Assembly (NCBI RefSeq): GCF_009914755.1
Contig: NC_060930.1
Strand: one strand, 5' to 3'
DNA: 64,000 nucleotides
Source of the DNA: the human T2T-CHM13v2.0 reference genome, Homo sapiens
The position numbers and the translations under genes are program-made. This document shows, one piece after another, positions 1-14,784 of the stretch. The stretch's first letter is position 1, and the number at the start of each line of letters is the position of its first letter. The notes below the pieces were generated by a model that saw only the letters and a program-made list of their open reading frames with translations, was not told the origin of the DNA and searched no databases.

Positions 1-139
1 GGGAGTCAGCAACAGTAAGCGTCAAGATTACTTGGTATGAGATAGTCACAGAGATAAGAGAATTTTGTACCATCAGATCTTTAGAAAATTATCAATATAA
101 AATGGATATAAATATGGCATACTGCAACAACATTTTTCA

Positions 140-360
140 GATTGACAGTGTCCAGAAGAAAAAGTATTTTGTAGTTAAATGAGCTTGGAAAATGACATAT
201 TTTATTCTTTTCTAGATTTGCAATACATGTTACCATACTAAACACTCTGAGAGGTTCTGAAGAAAAGAAACTCTTGATTTTAAACGTATTTACTGTGTAT
301 ATAATCCTTTTCTAAGCCCATGGAGTTACATAGCATTGAAAAAAAATTAGGAAATACTGA
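140..360. mobile_element. Old hAT-Charlie-like DNA transposon fragment (MER103-like)
   Basis: Motifs 'aacactctgagaggttctgaagaaaagaaact' and terminal 'taggaaatactg' resemble MER103-type consensus. Confidence 0.4.
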
Positions 361-647
361 TTTAAACAAACAAACAAAACAACTTCCAAAATAACTTAAG
401 GACTTTAGTGAGAGGATTCCAAATAAAATGCAACCTAAGATTTTAGAACTCCAAAGCCAAGTTCTTCAGTTTCTAACAATGACATGATGATGGTGGTGAT
501 AATGGCAAACATTGTGAGCTTTTTAAAAATGCACTTACATTCAACGAATATTTATTGAATACTGGGTCTACATCATGTCAGGCACTGAATATTATACTAG
601 CTGAGAATTTTCAAAGTTCCCACAAACTTAAAGACATGACTGATTTT

Positions 648-944
648 CTGTAGCCATGGCAATAAACAGCCACCAGAACCAGGAACAGACTCATTCCAGT
701 AAACACACCCTTGAGTGCCAACCAATCAACAACATTCTCATCTCTCTTATTATAGATTATGTCAACTCCAGAACACGACCAATCCCTGAACTCAATGCTT
801 CCTGAAAACCCAAAAGATCAGCAGCCTTCCTTGCTAACAAACTGTGCTTGACCGGCATGTATCTCTCCTTTATGATAAGAAGAAATAAATCAAGTTTTCT
901 GTTTTTATTTCAGATACTGAATGACAGGCTCGTTATTTTTCACA
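648..944 (+). mobile_element. Probable old LTR fragment
   Basis: TG...CA ends and AATAAA about 55 bp before the 3' end; family not identified. Confidence 0.3.
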
Positions 945-1009
945 GCATTTAAGGAAGTTTGCCCTCACAAACTAGTCAGCCTAGCCTCCCTTCCTCTCCT
1001 TCTTCTCAC

Positions 1010-1115
1010 ATTTTATTTTGAAAGATTCCTAACCAACAGAAAAGCTGAAATAACAGTGGAATGAACACCTGTAAATCCTTCACCTAGAATCACCAATTAT
1101 TAACATTTTAGCACA
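1010..1115 (-). mobile_element. L1MC/L1ME 3' end fragment
   Basis: 'ttttattttgaaa...cagaaaagctgaaa...cttcacctaga..caccaattattaacatttta' typical of old L1 3' UTR in antisense. Confidence 0.6.
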
Positions 1116-1481
1116 ACTGCGCACGTTTCTCTCTCTCTCTTAAAAATTATACACACATACACTTGTATCTTTATCTGTATTAATTTTTCTTTAAACAGTA
1201 AGCATGTATTAAGTGCCAGGTATATTTATATATGTCATTTAAACCTCTTAAAGACCCTGCAACACACTATCACTATGCCTGTCCCTCTGCATCTTGGAGA
1301 GATATTTGTTCCAGTAAGTGAAATTCTGGGTTTTTAAAAATTAATTTCCATATGCTGGGATTAGCTTTGTCCCCTGGAACTGATGAAATGACAAATCCTT
1401 TTACATGACAGGTCTTCAAAAGTATGAAGAAAGCTTACTTTAAAGGTCTGGTTTTGTTTTGTTTTTGCTAAACAGCATCTG

Positions 1482-1697
1482 TTTTAAACAGCTTTATTGA
1501 GATATCATTTACATACCATAAAATCCAGTTGTTTAAAAGTGTACAATTCAATAACTTTTAGTAAATTTACAGGGTTTTACCATCATCACCACAATCTAGT
1601 TTCAGAACATTTCCATCATTCCAAAACAATGTCTCATGCCCATTTACAGTCAGTCCTATTTCCCATCCTCAGCCAAAGACAACCACTAATCTACTTG
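1482..1697 (-). mobile_element. L1MB/ME 3' UTR fragment
   Basis: 'gctttattgagatat...aagtgtacaattca...aaccactaatctactt'. Confidence 0.75.
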
Positions 1698-3509
1698 AAG
1701 AAACCATACATCCTCTCTAGGCTTCTTCAAGGTTAAAGACTTCCTATTTCTTATCATTTTGGTCTCAATGTAAATAGCATATCTTTGAAAAGACTTTCCA
1801 AAACTACTACCACTTTCAATTCTCACTTGAATCAGAGTAGTTTGGCATTTATTTGATTTATATATTTAGGTCCTACCCAAGTTTTCATTAAAAAAAAAGT
1901 TATAAAACTTTTAGTAAACAAACCAAAGGAATGCAAACCTCTAAGTGTTGAACAAGTCATAGGCCAATTATAAAGCCCTGTAGCAAAGAGATATCCTTGA
2001 AACAACAGATCCAATAATCAACACTTTGTGGGCTGGGAAGAGTTGATCCAGGTTTCAAGCTGTCTTTGTCTGAAATATAACTCTCCATCTCATCCAGCAG
2101 AACATCAGCACAGATGACATCAAACATCTCATTTAAATTTTTACTCTAAAACTGTGACATTACCTTAATGAAAGTAAAATTATTTTATACTGATATCAAT
2201 TGTGAGCTCATGCAAGTTCCTAATAATTATAGATTCCAAAATTTTTCTTGAGATTGATGTCAAGTTCATCAGGGTATAATGACTAGAATCTCCTTCACCC
2301 AACATTTTAAAAAATGAAGCAAACTCATGCCAAAATTACAACTTTATTACACTTCCTTACAAAGCATTCTAGAAAAACCACCTGGCAATAATTAATACCA
2401 CTATTGTACATAATCTAATTTGTCACCAAAAACAATGGCTTTGCTCTCAGAATATGAATAAAACTATAAATTAAAAAATATGGAAATAATGCAACTTGAA
2501 AATTAATTGTGTAAATATCTGTGACTGCCAGTAGGAGAACACATAATATATTCCAGTTGTACTACATAATATATTCCATTAGTTTCTTCACAAAGGGCTT
2601 TCGCTTGAATCAGGAAGTATATAAGACAATTGTCTTATAGTGATCAGTCACTTTTAAGAACATTAAGAAAAAGTTCATCTCTAGTCTCAACAATACTGTA
2701 TTCCTCAAATAAAAATGAAATTTAGTATGCCCAGAAGAAATGTGTTTTCAGTTTGTTCTCTAGAACATGGATAAAAAAGTGATGACATGAGAAAGACATT
2801 AAGACACAACTCTACTGAGAATAAACACATAGCATACATTAAATGATCTTTTACTTTAGTATAAAGTCTATAACTTAAAAATTTGGCATGCATAAATAAT
2901 AACCCTTTATAGATATTTATATACACTATTAACACTGAAACTCATATTAACCTTTAAATTTTACTATGAAAAGATCAGTATGTACTTGTAGAAGCTTACA
3001 ATGAACATATAAAGTCTTTAAGTATACTGAAAATATTAGTGAAAACATACATCTCTGTATCTACCTACTACCACCCTGTACACGATTAAGATCTTCATAG
3101 GTACAAGCTCTGTGGTAGCAAATAAAAATATTAATAGGCAATACCAGGCAATTAATTATTTATAATAGTTAATATCAATAAAACAGTAATTAAGACCCTA
3201 GCTTAGAGCCTTCACAGAATCCTACAACTTTCAAACTCCTCTGTTTATTATATAAAAGTCTTTGACATCTGGCTTCTCTCTGGTTCCACCCTTATTTCTA
3301 GCCATGCACCATTTGTTCCTAAAATATCAAACTCCCTATGGACAGCTGACCACACAATAGGTTTCAGGTCTTCTCACTTTTGTACATGATATTTTCTCTG
3401 TCAAATAAGTCTTTGTTTCTTCTTCCATTCAGCCAATGCCTTCCAAACTTAGTTCGAGGGGTACGACCCTTGGGAAATTTTCCATAATACTCATTTGCTG
3501 CTCTAAGGC

Positions 3510-3950
3510 ATATTGCACTGATTGCCCTAACTCACCTTTCACCTCATATTATATTCATTCCCATTGCCAAGTAACTTTAAGTAGCCCTGCACTATAACCC
3601 TGAGCTCAACCCTGTTATGTTCTTTGGCCAATGGGATATTATTAGCAGCAGAGGCTAAGAAGTGCTTAAGCATTTCAACTTGCACTCTTGCACTCTGCCA
3701 CTGCCATGAAAGTATGACAAGGCTAATCTGCTGGAAAATTAGAGATACATGAAGCAGAGCTCAGTCACCCCAGTTATCGTAGTTGAGTTATCATAGATCA
3801 GCTGGCAGTCAGCTGACCCTCAGATAGATAACAGAGCACAGCTGAGATTGGTGGGGTTGTCTAATCTACTGTCATAGACATATAATCATAAATGCTGAGG
3901 TTTCACAATGTTTTGTTATGCAGCATTATTGTGGCAATAAATAACAAATC
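3510..3950 (+). mobile_element. MLT1 (G/H-like) MaLR LTR, inserted in L2-like sequence
   Basis: 'ctttggccaatggga', 'cactgccatga', 3' end 'ttgttatgcagcattattgtggcaata'. Confidence 0.7.
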
Positions 3951-5077
3951 CCACTCCTAGATGCTTCCATAGCACTCTTCACAACCTCCTCATAGTATAG
4001 TTACATAGTTGTATAGTTATGTAGTTACATAGTCATACTTTTACATGAACTAATTTGTCTCTATTCTCCCCTATGCATTTAGAGGAAAATAATCACCTGT
4101 TATTTAAATTTGTATTCTGAGCACCTAAGAAGATGCCAGTTGTATGTGGGCACTCAATGTATGTCTAGGGAAGAGAAGGTATGAGGACGGATTCACCTCC
4201 CAACTGATTCCACTATTATCTCAGACCACAAGGAGCCTTCCCTATGTTGTGAAAGTTCAGTGGGCACACAAACTAGATACTGTTAGAGCAGATTAAAACC
4301 TTAAGCATATAGGCTTTAATATATGCTTATTATATGTATATAGCTGCCTGTTGGATGAGCACAGATGGCCACAAATTCATGTGATTTGTGGGCATAATGT
4401 TAACAGGAAAGAGTCAATAATTGCAGCACTTTGGACCAAATAAAGAGTGGAATTAGGTTATGCAGTAAAAGATGCCAGGGCAGAGAATCAAAGGGTGTAT
4501 TCCTAGAAAACTTAAGATTTTCACATGTAGAAGGAAAAATGTTTGAAATTTCATTAAACTTGGTATGCATTTGGGGCCAAGTAAAAAATATTCAAAAAGG
4601 AACCAGATTAATGATTTATTTTTTTTAAAGGCAGCAAATACTTTTAAAAAAGAAAAGGAAAAAAATGAGTCTGAAAATATATACAATTTAGAATCTGTTT
4701 AATAATGATAGTTATGACAAAATGACAATGAGTCGATTATATCCATAATACATACTGAGGATTTACTGTTTGCTAGACACCACTGAACTGATTCAAATGT
4801 CAAAATGACTCTAAAAGGTAAGTACTATTACTATTGCTACTTCAAGACTTGAAGAGGTTAACTAAATTACCCAAGTAACATAGTTAATAAGTGGCAGAAA
4901 CGAGATTCCAAATCCCATCAGTCTGACTGCAAACTAAAAAAAACAAAAAACAAACAAACAAAAACCCTCTAACTGCTCTATAATATTGTCTTTCATAGAA
5001 ACTGAAGAGACTTCGGAAGTAATTTATTTCAGTTTCCACCACAATAAAGAAAATTTTAAAAGTGAAAAGACTATATA

Positions 5078-5189
5078 GGCTAGGCATGGTGGCTTCTGTT
5101 TATAATCCCAGGATTTTGGGAGGTCGAGGAGGGAGGGTCACTTGAGCACAAGAGTTTAAATCCAGTCTGGGTAACAGTGTGAGACCTTG

Positions 5190-5235
<46 letters not shown>
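5078..5235 (+). mobile_element. Alu monomer (FLAM_C-like) with A43 tail
   Basis: Left-arm-only Alu, poly(A) 5193-5235, TSD aaaagactatata. Confidence 0.85.
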
Positions 5236-5237
<2 letters not shown>

Positions 5238-6454
5238 CTATATAAGCATATATCCAAGTTAGGGTGACTGGAGTAGGATGATGATGATACTTTGATAAAA
5301 TTGGAAATAACTTTTTGACAACCAGTGTGGTACATGCAGAAATGCAAACCAATATATAAATGCCACAATAGTTGAATTCAGAAGATTAAGAGGAAAACTA
5401 AAGAAGTTGAACAACAAATGATGTCTATATCAATAACCAAAAAAAGGAATCTATTAAAAGGCTGAACAAATTCTTCCAAGTCAAAAGCAAATAACTGGCT
5501 TCCTCTATTCATGCAAATAGCTGTTTGCCACATGAAATTTATCTTGCTTTTAGGTTTCAAGAATTAAGGGTAAATATTAAAGCTACAAACCTGGGGAACT
5601 CCATAGTGTCTTTATGCATAAATCACATAGAAATTTCTCAGGTTCTGAGATAAAGTTCAGGAATAATTGTACTAAACAATGCAAAAATTTCCCAAGGCTA
5701 AAATTTGAACAATATTAGAACAATAATATTAGAACAATAATAAGTATAGGTTAACTTCATCATACTATTAATAGATTATAATACAAATATTACACAGAGA
5801 TTAAAATTGATACTTTGGAACAGGTTGATTATCTAGGTATGTAATTATTATTATATTCAGAGGGAAATATTCCTTGCAGCATAAAGACACCAATACCATT
5901 CATATACTGTTTCCAGAGAGTTTGATAAACAGAAAAATTCCACAAAAATCTTGGCCCAGAAACTCTCCACAACCAGGATCTCTGATTTCCATAACCTCTA
6001 GATCCTATAGGAGTAAAAATTAGAGCTTCTCTTATGGTGAACAAATTTCCTATCTCAAAGCCCTTGGAGAACGTCCCATTTTTTTCTAGAGAGAGAATGC
6101 TTGGGCAACTCTGAGAGGAAGGAAGGAAATTGTGATGCTCTGTATGTCCTGGGGACCAGAGGTTTCCAGGATTCAAACAAATGTAAACAATTTGACTTCC
6201 TGAGTATTGACAAGGAATTAGAATATTAGATTACTAAATCTGGGTTTTCTCAGTTGCAGGAGTTTCCCTTTCCCCCACATTCCAAAGATTTCAAAACCCT
6301 ATGAAATTATGTGGGGGGGGGGGGTGGATTATCTAAGTATATCTTTCACAGTTGAATGACTCAAAACAATATTTAACATTTTAAATTAACCTGTTCATAA
6401 TGCAGTATTCAATTCTTCACTAAACTCACATAACTCATTTCTACTTATAGATTT

Positions 6455-6770
<316 letters not shown>

Positions 6771-8161
6771 AGATGTGTTCTTTAAAACTCTGAGTAAAGA
6801 AAGTTAAGTGAAAGATATCTTTCATTTAAAAACAAAAAAAAAAGAAAAATTAAAAATGAACAAATTGTATTTTCTACATATATTAACTTTAAAAAAGAAA
6901 ATGCAAAATTAATCTATTTACCATAACTATATTTTCACACAGGTGTCACCTTTATTACGCTGTAAAATGCTAGAGCCTACAATAATCTATTCCAGATATG
7001 GGGTTGGGGTTGGGAGCAAGGGTTTGGCAAGGGAGTGGAAAAGTAACAAGGCTGTCTGTAGCACTTTTAGTACATGTTATAAGAATAATCCATAACAAAA
7101 AAATATTGATTCAATTCAGTATAACTACTTAAATTTTCTTAAAATCACACATACTTTATATAGTTAAAACCCTAATAAAACCCTAATACACTTTCTCAAA
7201 AACTTAGGAATAATTTCACAGTACCTAAGGATTAAGAAAAAAGGTTTTTAAATAAAATATTGATGTTTAAAATGTCTCTTTAAGCTATTTGCTAGCAAAA
7301 CAAAACAACAGACTTTGAAAGAATACTAAACCCACCATCATTAATTTTATTTTGGTAACTAACTTTATTCCAATGACTTCATAACAAAGTTAACCTTTAA
7401 GGATAAATCACCATATACACCATTAAAACACCAAAAATAGAAGACAGAATTGCTCCTACTTCCATGACATTTTGTTTCTAATTAAAAAAAAATTTTGGGA
7501 GTATTGTTGAAGAGAATTCATATTAGAAGATATATCAAATTAAACGAGAGGCACTTCATGTCTATTTTCTAAGTTTATATCATACTGAAAACTGTGCTTG
7601 CAGACCCCATGAACAAGAATAATCATCCACAAATTGCTAGACTCTTTCATTTTGGATTGTACACTGAAAATGAAAGGTGGACATTTAGAGTCTACATGTT
7701 CTATTTTCAGCTTCATCATTAACATGTTTGAGAACCTGGGGTAAATTTCTTTACAACAGGTAAATATTCTAATACCCTATTACTTAATGGAAGCTAGGTC
7801 CAAAAGCTGACACTTAAGTGGAATACTAAATAAATATAGTCCTATTTTCTTTATTGGGTTTTCTGATTTAAAATTCTACCACATATATACATAACCATCT
7901 TAATTTACATATAAACTTAATTCACTTTAACAATATTCACTGAACATCAACCAAGATGAAAGTCCTCTCCTGAAGGCTGAGGAATGCAAATGTAAACACC
8001 AAGTCCTTGTGAACTCCAAAATTAGTACATACCACACTGGTAAATGAGATACAAATAAGCACACATGAAACTCTCTTTCAGTCAGTCTAATTTAATTAAA
8101 ATTCTACTATGACAATACAAAAATCATCAATTTTTTTAAGTGTGAATTTTAAATTGTATCA

Positions 8162-8333
8162 TTTCTTTCTTTTTTTTTTTTTTCCCCAGATAGGGTCTCG
8201 CTTTGTCACCCAGACTGGAGTGCAGTGGTGTGATCATGGCTCACTGAAGCCTCCACCCTCTGGTCTCAAGTGATCCTCCCACCTAGGCCTCCCATAGTGC
8301 TGGGATTATAGCTGTGAGCCACTGCACTCAGCC
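8162..8333 (-). mobile_element. Alu monomer (FRAM-like)
   Basis: Single about 160 bp arm with T tail; flanking taaattgta repeat. Confidence 0.8.
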
Positions 8334-8473
8334 ACTAAATTGTACAATTTTTTTAAAGTACAATTAAAAATTTGTACTATTACAAAAAATAAAACAAAGA
8401 TTATATATATATAATCTATTTTAACCTGTGTGGTGAAGTGTAACAGGTTGGGGAAAAAACTATAGGTGTAATC

Positions 8474-8836
8474 CAAGGGTCAGCAAATATTTTCTGGAAA
8501 AGGTCAGACAGTAAATATCTTCAACTTTGTGGGCTATAAGGTCTCTTTTGCACAATGGCCATCACAATACCAAAGTCACCAATGACAGTCCATAGATGAA
8601 TGAATGTGTATAGCTATGCTGCACTAAAACTTATGAATGGTCACTGCAATCTGAATTCTGCATCTCACATAATTTCATCTCATGTAAGTGCTACATCTCA
8701 TGAAATACTACTCATCTTTTGTTTTTTTCCCCAACCATTTAAAAATGTAAAAAATATTCGTGGTTACACAGGCTGCTGAACAAAAACAGGGAGCTATGTT
8801 GATTTCGCCTTCAAGCCACAGTTTGCCAATCCCTGG
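8474..8836 (+). mobile_element. MER58 (B-like) hAT-Charlie element
   Basis: TIR-like ends 'caagggtcagcaaa' / 'tttgccaatccctg'. Confidence 0.8.
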
Positions 8837-9155
8837 TATAATCAAACACCAGTATCAAATAATATGAATTAAGAGTGACTAGTAGCTGACCATAATTGCC
8901 ACTGTTCAGAGAGGAGAGAAAGGAAAATATATTCAAATAATCAAGAACTTCTTTTAAAGAAGTATTTGAGTAAGAGCTTGAGTTAATGTAAGGATGATGA
9001 TAACTCATTTACTGTAGCTATTATATTATTTAGTAACTGCAAGAAAACTGTTCCACTGTTAAAAAAAAACACTAATTTGTCAAAATATATGGAAAACAAG
9101 CAATCAACTTCATGTTCTTATTTAAATTGTAAAAGTACAGTTGAAAAATTGTACT

Positions 9156-9453
9156 GGCTGAGCACAGTGGGCTCAGGCCTGTAATCCCAGCACTTTGGGA
9201 GGCCGAGGCAGGTGAATTACTTGAGGTCAGGCGTTCAAGACCAGCCTGGCCAATATGGTGAAACCCCCCCCTCTACTAAAAATACAAAAATTAGCTGGGC
9301 ATGGTGGTGCATGCCTGTAATCCCAGCTGCTTGGAAGGCTGAGGCAGGAGAATCCCTTGAACCCGGGACGCGGAGGTTGCAGCAAGCTGAGATTGCAGCA
9401 CTGCACTCCAGGCTAACAGAGACTCCATCTCAAAAAAAAAAAAGAAAGAAAAA
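9156..9453 (+). mobile_element. AluS (Sx-like)
   Basis: Full Alu; TSD aaaaattgtact/aaaaattatact. Confidence 0.95.
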
Positions 9454-9531
9454 TTATACTATTTTTAAACTGTACAGCTTACCAATTTTTAAAATATTGA
9501 ATATTCATGTTTAAAATAATAATAAAAAAAC

Positions 9532-9990
9532 TGTTATAGGTTGAATTGTGTCCTTCCAAAAACAATGTATAAAAATCCTAACCCCTAGTACCTCAGAATA
9601 TAACCTTATTTAGAAATAGGGTCTTTACAGAGATAATGAAGTTAAAACAAGGTCATTAGGGTAGGCTCTAGACGAATAGGACTGGTATCCTTACAAAAAG
9701 TGGAAATTTGCACAGAGACAGACACACACAGAGGGAAGGCAATATGAAGACGGAGGAAGAAGACAGTAATGTGACTGGAGTGATGAATCTAAAAGCCACG
9801 AAACACCAAGGATTGCTGGCAAACACGTAAAGCTAGGAGAGACAAGGAAGGATTCTCCTCTAGAGCCTTCAGAGAACAAGACACTTGATTGTGGATGTCT
9901 AACAACCTCAACTATGGGCAGTAAGTTTCTGTTGCTTTAAGTCACCCAGTTTTTGGTACTTTGTTATAGAAGCCCTAGGAAACAAATACA
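9532..9990 (+). mobile_element. MLT1B/C MaLR solo LTR
   Basis: 'tgttataggttgaattgtgtcc...ccctaggaaacaaataca'; 5-bp TSD aaaac/caaac. Confidence 0.85.
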
Positions 9991-10987
9991 CAAACTTATC
10001 AACGTATTAGGCGTGTTTTTCACTTTGTAATTCTATCACTATAGTAATCAAATAACATGTCATCATTTAATGAACAAAATTTTAAGTCCAAAATAAACCA
10101 TGAATTATAATTGTCATGTTAAAATTAAATTGACTTTCTATGCATGATATGACTACCAAACATTTTTTTTCTACAATACTTTGAACCAAATTTTGTTTGG
10201 TTTTTGGGTTGTATTACTATTGATGGCAAATGCACACTACTGTGGAATGGGGAAAATTAAGTGGTAGAAATGCATGGGGTCTTAAATCTTCCTCTCATAG
10301 AGTATGGATGCAAAAGATTCTTGCATTCTAAAGTACCATTTTCAATAGTGCAACGTATCCACTTTCTTGCATCTCTTCCTGTTTTGATTTGTGATTTCAG
10401 GGATAGTTATGATGATAATATGGTACATGGGTCTCCACTTACACTCTTGCTCTGTGTCCTACAAATTTTGAGGTGGGCTTCAGCAAAACCTGGATCAGAT
10501 TATGGCTTCAGTAAACTCTCATTTCTAGCAGTGATTTATTTTTCAGGTAAATGAACACAATAGTATGTGTTTGAAATACTGCATTAAAAATATAAAGAAC
10601 TATTGACCTTAAACTATTACCAAAAAAAAAAAAATCTTTCTGGTTTTAAAAGACTTCCAATAAAAGAAAGTCCAAAATTGTATTACTCTTTACACTAAAA
10701 GTTTCCATTTTCAGTTATTCGTATCCCATCCATTTTTTTTCAGAAGTTTTGAAAAAGGAGATTCACATAGAATGTTGCCCAAATTTTCTGAGACCCAAAC
10801 ATGATCTCTTAAAATATGAACCAACAAGCTTCTGCATGTCTCTGAACTCAGATTTGTGCATTTCAATGTCACCTGGATGCCCAAATTTAAATTTCAGGGC
10901 TGCCTATCAAGCACAGTAACTGAAAACTTGCACTAAACTCAGAAGTGTGCAAAGAAGTAAATACCCATTGGAAAAAAACCTCTGATT

Positions 10988-11067
10988 TACAGGGTGGCCC
11001 ATTTAAAACAGTTCCCATTTAATAATGTGGCTGTGTACAGGGCCTCTTTTAAATGGGCCACCCTGTA
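10988..11067. repeat. 80-bp palindromic MITE-like element, perfect 21-bp inverted repeats, TA ends
   Basis: tacagggtggcccatttaaaa (10988-11008) is the exact reverse complement of ttttaaatgggccaccctgta (11047-11067). Confidence 0.9.
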
Positions 11068-11827
11068 TGAAGCTTAAGTCCAAGATAAAAAATGTCCTCC
11101 CTTGAGAATTTTTAAAACCCAAAAACATTGTAGGTTTAGTGGTTATTTTTAAGGTTTTAGATGGTTTCTTTGGACTCCTTTAGAACTGAAAAAAGATGGA
11201 TACACATTTAAAAAATGAAATGTTACAACCACACATCTGTAATGAGAACCAGTGCCAGTGGATATTTTTAAAACAAATTAAAACGGTCAATTTTTTTTTA
11301 ACTTAGGCAAACAGCTGCTATACACACAGTGCACAGTAACTACTTTTCAGCAAAAGTTCAGAAGGAATTTCCTAATGAAGATTTACAGAATGTTCTGGGA
11401 TTGATAATTAAGGGTTCCCCCAAAAGATATGAAGAACAGTGTTAGCGATGTAAGGATTAAGGACACTGACTATGCCTATCCTCTAAGGGAGAAGCATGGA
11501 ATTTAGAATAAAAGATACACACTAAAAACCACTGAGGGAAATCAGGATAAAATAGGTACTGTATATCTTTTCTGTACTGACTTCAAAGTGTTTTGAAGGA
11601 TTCCATAATAATTTCTAAAGTTTAAATATCTCTGCAATTTAGTTCATTTTTTAAAAAGGGGGAAGAGACGATGCGAGGAGAAAAAATGGAAAAAGCTTGC
11701 CTAAAAAAAATTATATTGATACAAGAGATCATGAGTTCTGAAAATTCTGACTTCCACTGTGTACCTGACTTGAATAATGCTGTTTTCCCTCCAAAACCAA
11801 TATTATTAATAATAAAAAATAACTATG

Positions 11828-12133
11828 GGCTGGGCACAGTGGCTGACGCCTGTAATCCCAGCACTTTGTGAGGCCAAGACGGGCAGATCATGAGGTCAGG
11901 AGTTCGAGACCAGCCTGACCAACATGGTGAAACCCCGTCTCCACTAAAAACACAAAAATTAGCTGGGTGCAGTGGCGTGTGTCTGTAATCCTAGCTACTC
12001 AGGAGGCTGAGGCAGGAGGGTTGCTTGAACCTGGGAGGTGGAGGTTGCAGTGAGCTGAGATCGTGCCACCAAACTCCAGCCTAGGAGACTGAGTGAGAAT
12101 CCGTCTCAAAATAAATAAATAATAATAAAAATA
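11828..12133 (+). mobile_element. AluS
   Basis: Full Alu with (AAAT)n tail; TSD aa(t/c)aactatg. Confidence 0.95.
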
Positions 12134-12169
12134 ACAACTATGAACACTGTCCTCATACACTGTCATCAT

Positions 12170-12380
12170 ACAGTGACATCATACACTTCCCAGGCACCTG
12201 ACATCATTAAATCATTTAAACTCCACAACAATACTATGAGGTAGGTATTATTACCTCTTCTTCACAGATAAGAAAAATGATGCACTAAGAGATTAAATAA
12301 TTTGTCTAAGGTCACAAATATGGTAAAATTACCTTTCATGATTCAAACAAAGACTCTAAATCCAGAGTTAGCATTCTCAA
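12170..12380 (-). mobile_element. MIR
   Basis: Core 'ctatgaggtaggtattattacc..cagataagaaaa..gagattaaataatttgtctaaggtcaca'. Confidence 0.75.
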
Positions 12381-12394
12381 ACACACACTCATAA

Positions 12395-12905
12395 TTTATG
12401 TTTTTTTCTTCATGTAGCTAGGAGTTTATCTGTTTTTTGATGTTCTCAGAGACTTCTATTTTCAAAGACTTTTCTCTATTGTCTGTTTTCTATCTCGCTG
12501 ATTTCTACTCTTATGTTTACTATTTCCTTTTATATTTACTTTGGATTCAATTTTCACTTTTTTTATCTTCTTAAGGTAGAGGAAATACTGATTTTCAACA
12601 TTTTTCTTTCTGTTCTAACATAAGCATTTAGAGCTATAAATTTCTCTGTAGGCACAGCTTTAGATTCATCTAATAAATTCTGATAGGTTGTGTTTACTAT
12701 CATAGGGTGAATTTTTAAAATTTCTCCTATTTTGTCAGCTTTGCTTCCTGTATTTTGAAGCTCTCTTATTAGGTGCACAAATATTTAGGACTACTGTTTC
12801 TTCTTGACAGACTTTTATCATTATACCCCTCTTTATTACCGATAATGCTTGTTATTCTGACGCTTACTTTGTCTGATATTAATATAGCCCTATCAGCTTG
12901 CCCAA
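12395..12905 (-). mobile_element. Old L1M ORF2 fragments
   Basis: ORF 12563-12778(-) encodes TTYQNL..KFIALNAY, an L1 ORF2 motif. Confidence 0.75.
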
Positions 12906-13018
12906 TCCTTATGACTGGGCTTTGCAATGTACAAGAGAATCAAGGCAGTTTTCTTAATGAAAAAGTCACAAAAATAGCTCACAAGCTAAAGTAAACTGTC
13001 TTAGAAAATATAATTATC

Positions 13019-13790
<772 letters not shown>

Positions 13791-14784
13791 TAACTATGTA
13801 TTCATGACAAATTTATTATTAACTTGTCCAATAAGCAAAAGCTTTTAAAAAAGAAAAAGATGAATATTTCCCATACATAAATAACTTGAATGTGGTTTAC
13901 TGTAGTTGCTGTATCAAGTTTTATAGAGCAGAAAACCATTAATAGGGCTCATCTGAATTGCCCTCTACTCAGACTCTGACCTGCTATTACACTGTACAAA
14001 GCCTTTCAAATTCATTCTCTTTGCATTGTTATGAAAAGTGCTATGTAAAAGACAACTATTTACTCACTACTGATGTATGTTCTACACAGGATCTTTGGTG
14101 GATAAAGAAGTTTTCATTTGGCAGTCTGGACAATGGTGCCCATTAATGAAAAAGGCTTAGTATAGGATATTGAAGATCTGGAATCAAGTCCTCGCACAAC
14201 AAATTTCTAGTTATGTGGTCTCACACTTCAAATTCTTGGTTTCCTTGTGTAGATATTTAAGCAATAATTTCATGTTTATGATAAGGAGAATTAGACTGCT
14301 AAAGATCATTTATTGAAAGTTCACCGTCCTAGATACCCGTATGAACTAAATGTCAGTCATTTGATTACTACCTTCACAACTTGTGCTGTTTTTTTGTACT
14401 AGTTAGGCAGCTACTGATTTTTGTACGTCAATATTTATTACTATTTTAATAAATTTAAAAATAAACTTTTTATCATGAAAATCTACCACAGAAATCAATA
14501 TCGTATGCCAGAAAGCGAAGACTTTTACTACTTATGGATTTTTTTTAAAAAATCCATCAATCAATCAATTGGATATTCTCTTTTGGGGGAATTTTGGGGG
14601 AATTCTGAATGAAGAACTTAGGAAAGGATGGAGAGGAAGACTGCAGGAGAAAAATAAGGAGAAATAAATAGAAATGAGTCAAAACACACACAAAAAAGGC
14701 AGTGTTAAGACTGGCGTAATGATTGGTAAAAGCCACTTGCGAACTGGCACAAGACAGCTAAGTGATCAAAATATTCTAAAGATT

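Noticed and set aside
5829-6176. 115-aa minus-strand ORF
   Set aside because: Non-ATG start, no recognisable protein similarity or splice signals; length expected by chance
10261-10554. 97-aa ORF, possible + strand exon 10401-10546 and ttttcag|gtaaat recursive-splice-like site
   Set aside because: No protein similarity, weak donor, and on the strand opposite the inferred host; cannot be supported without RNA data
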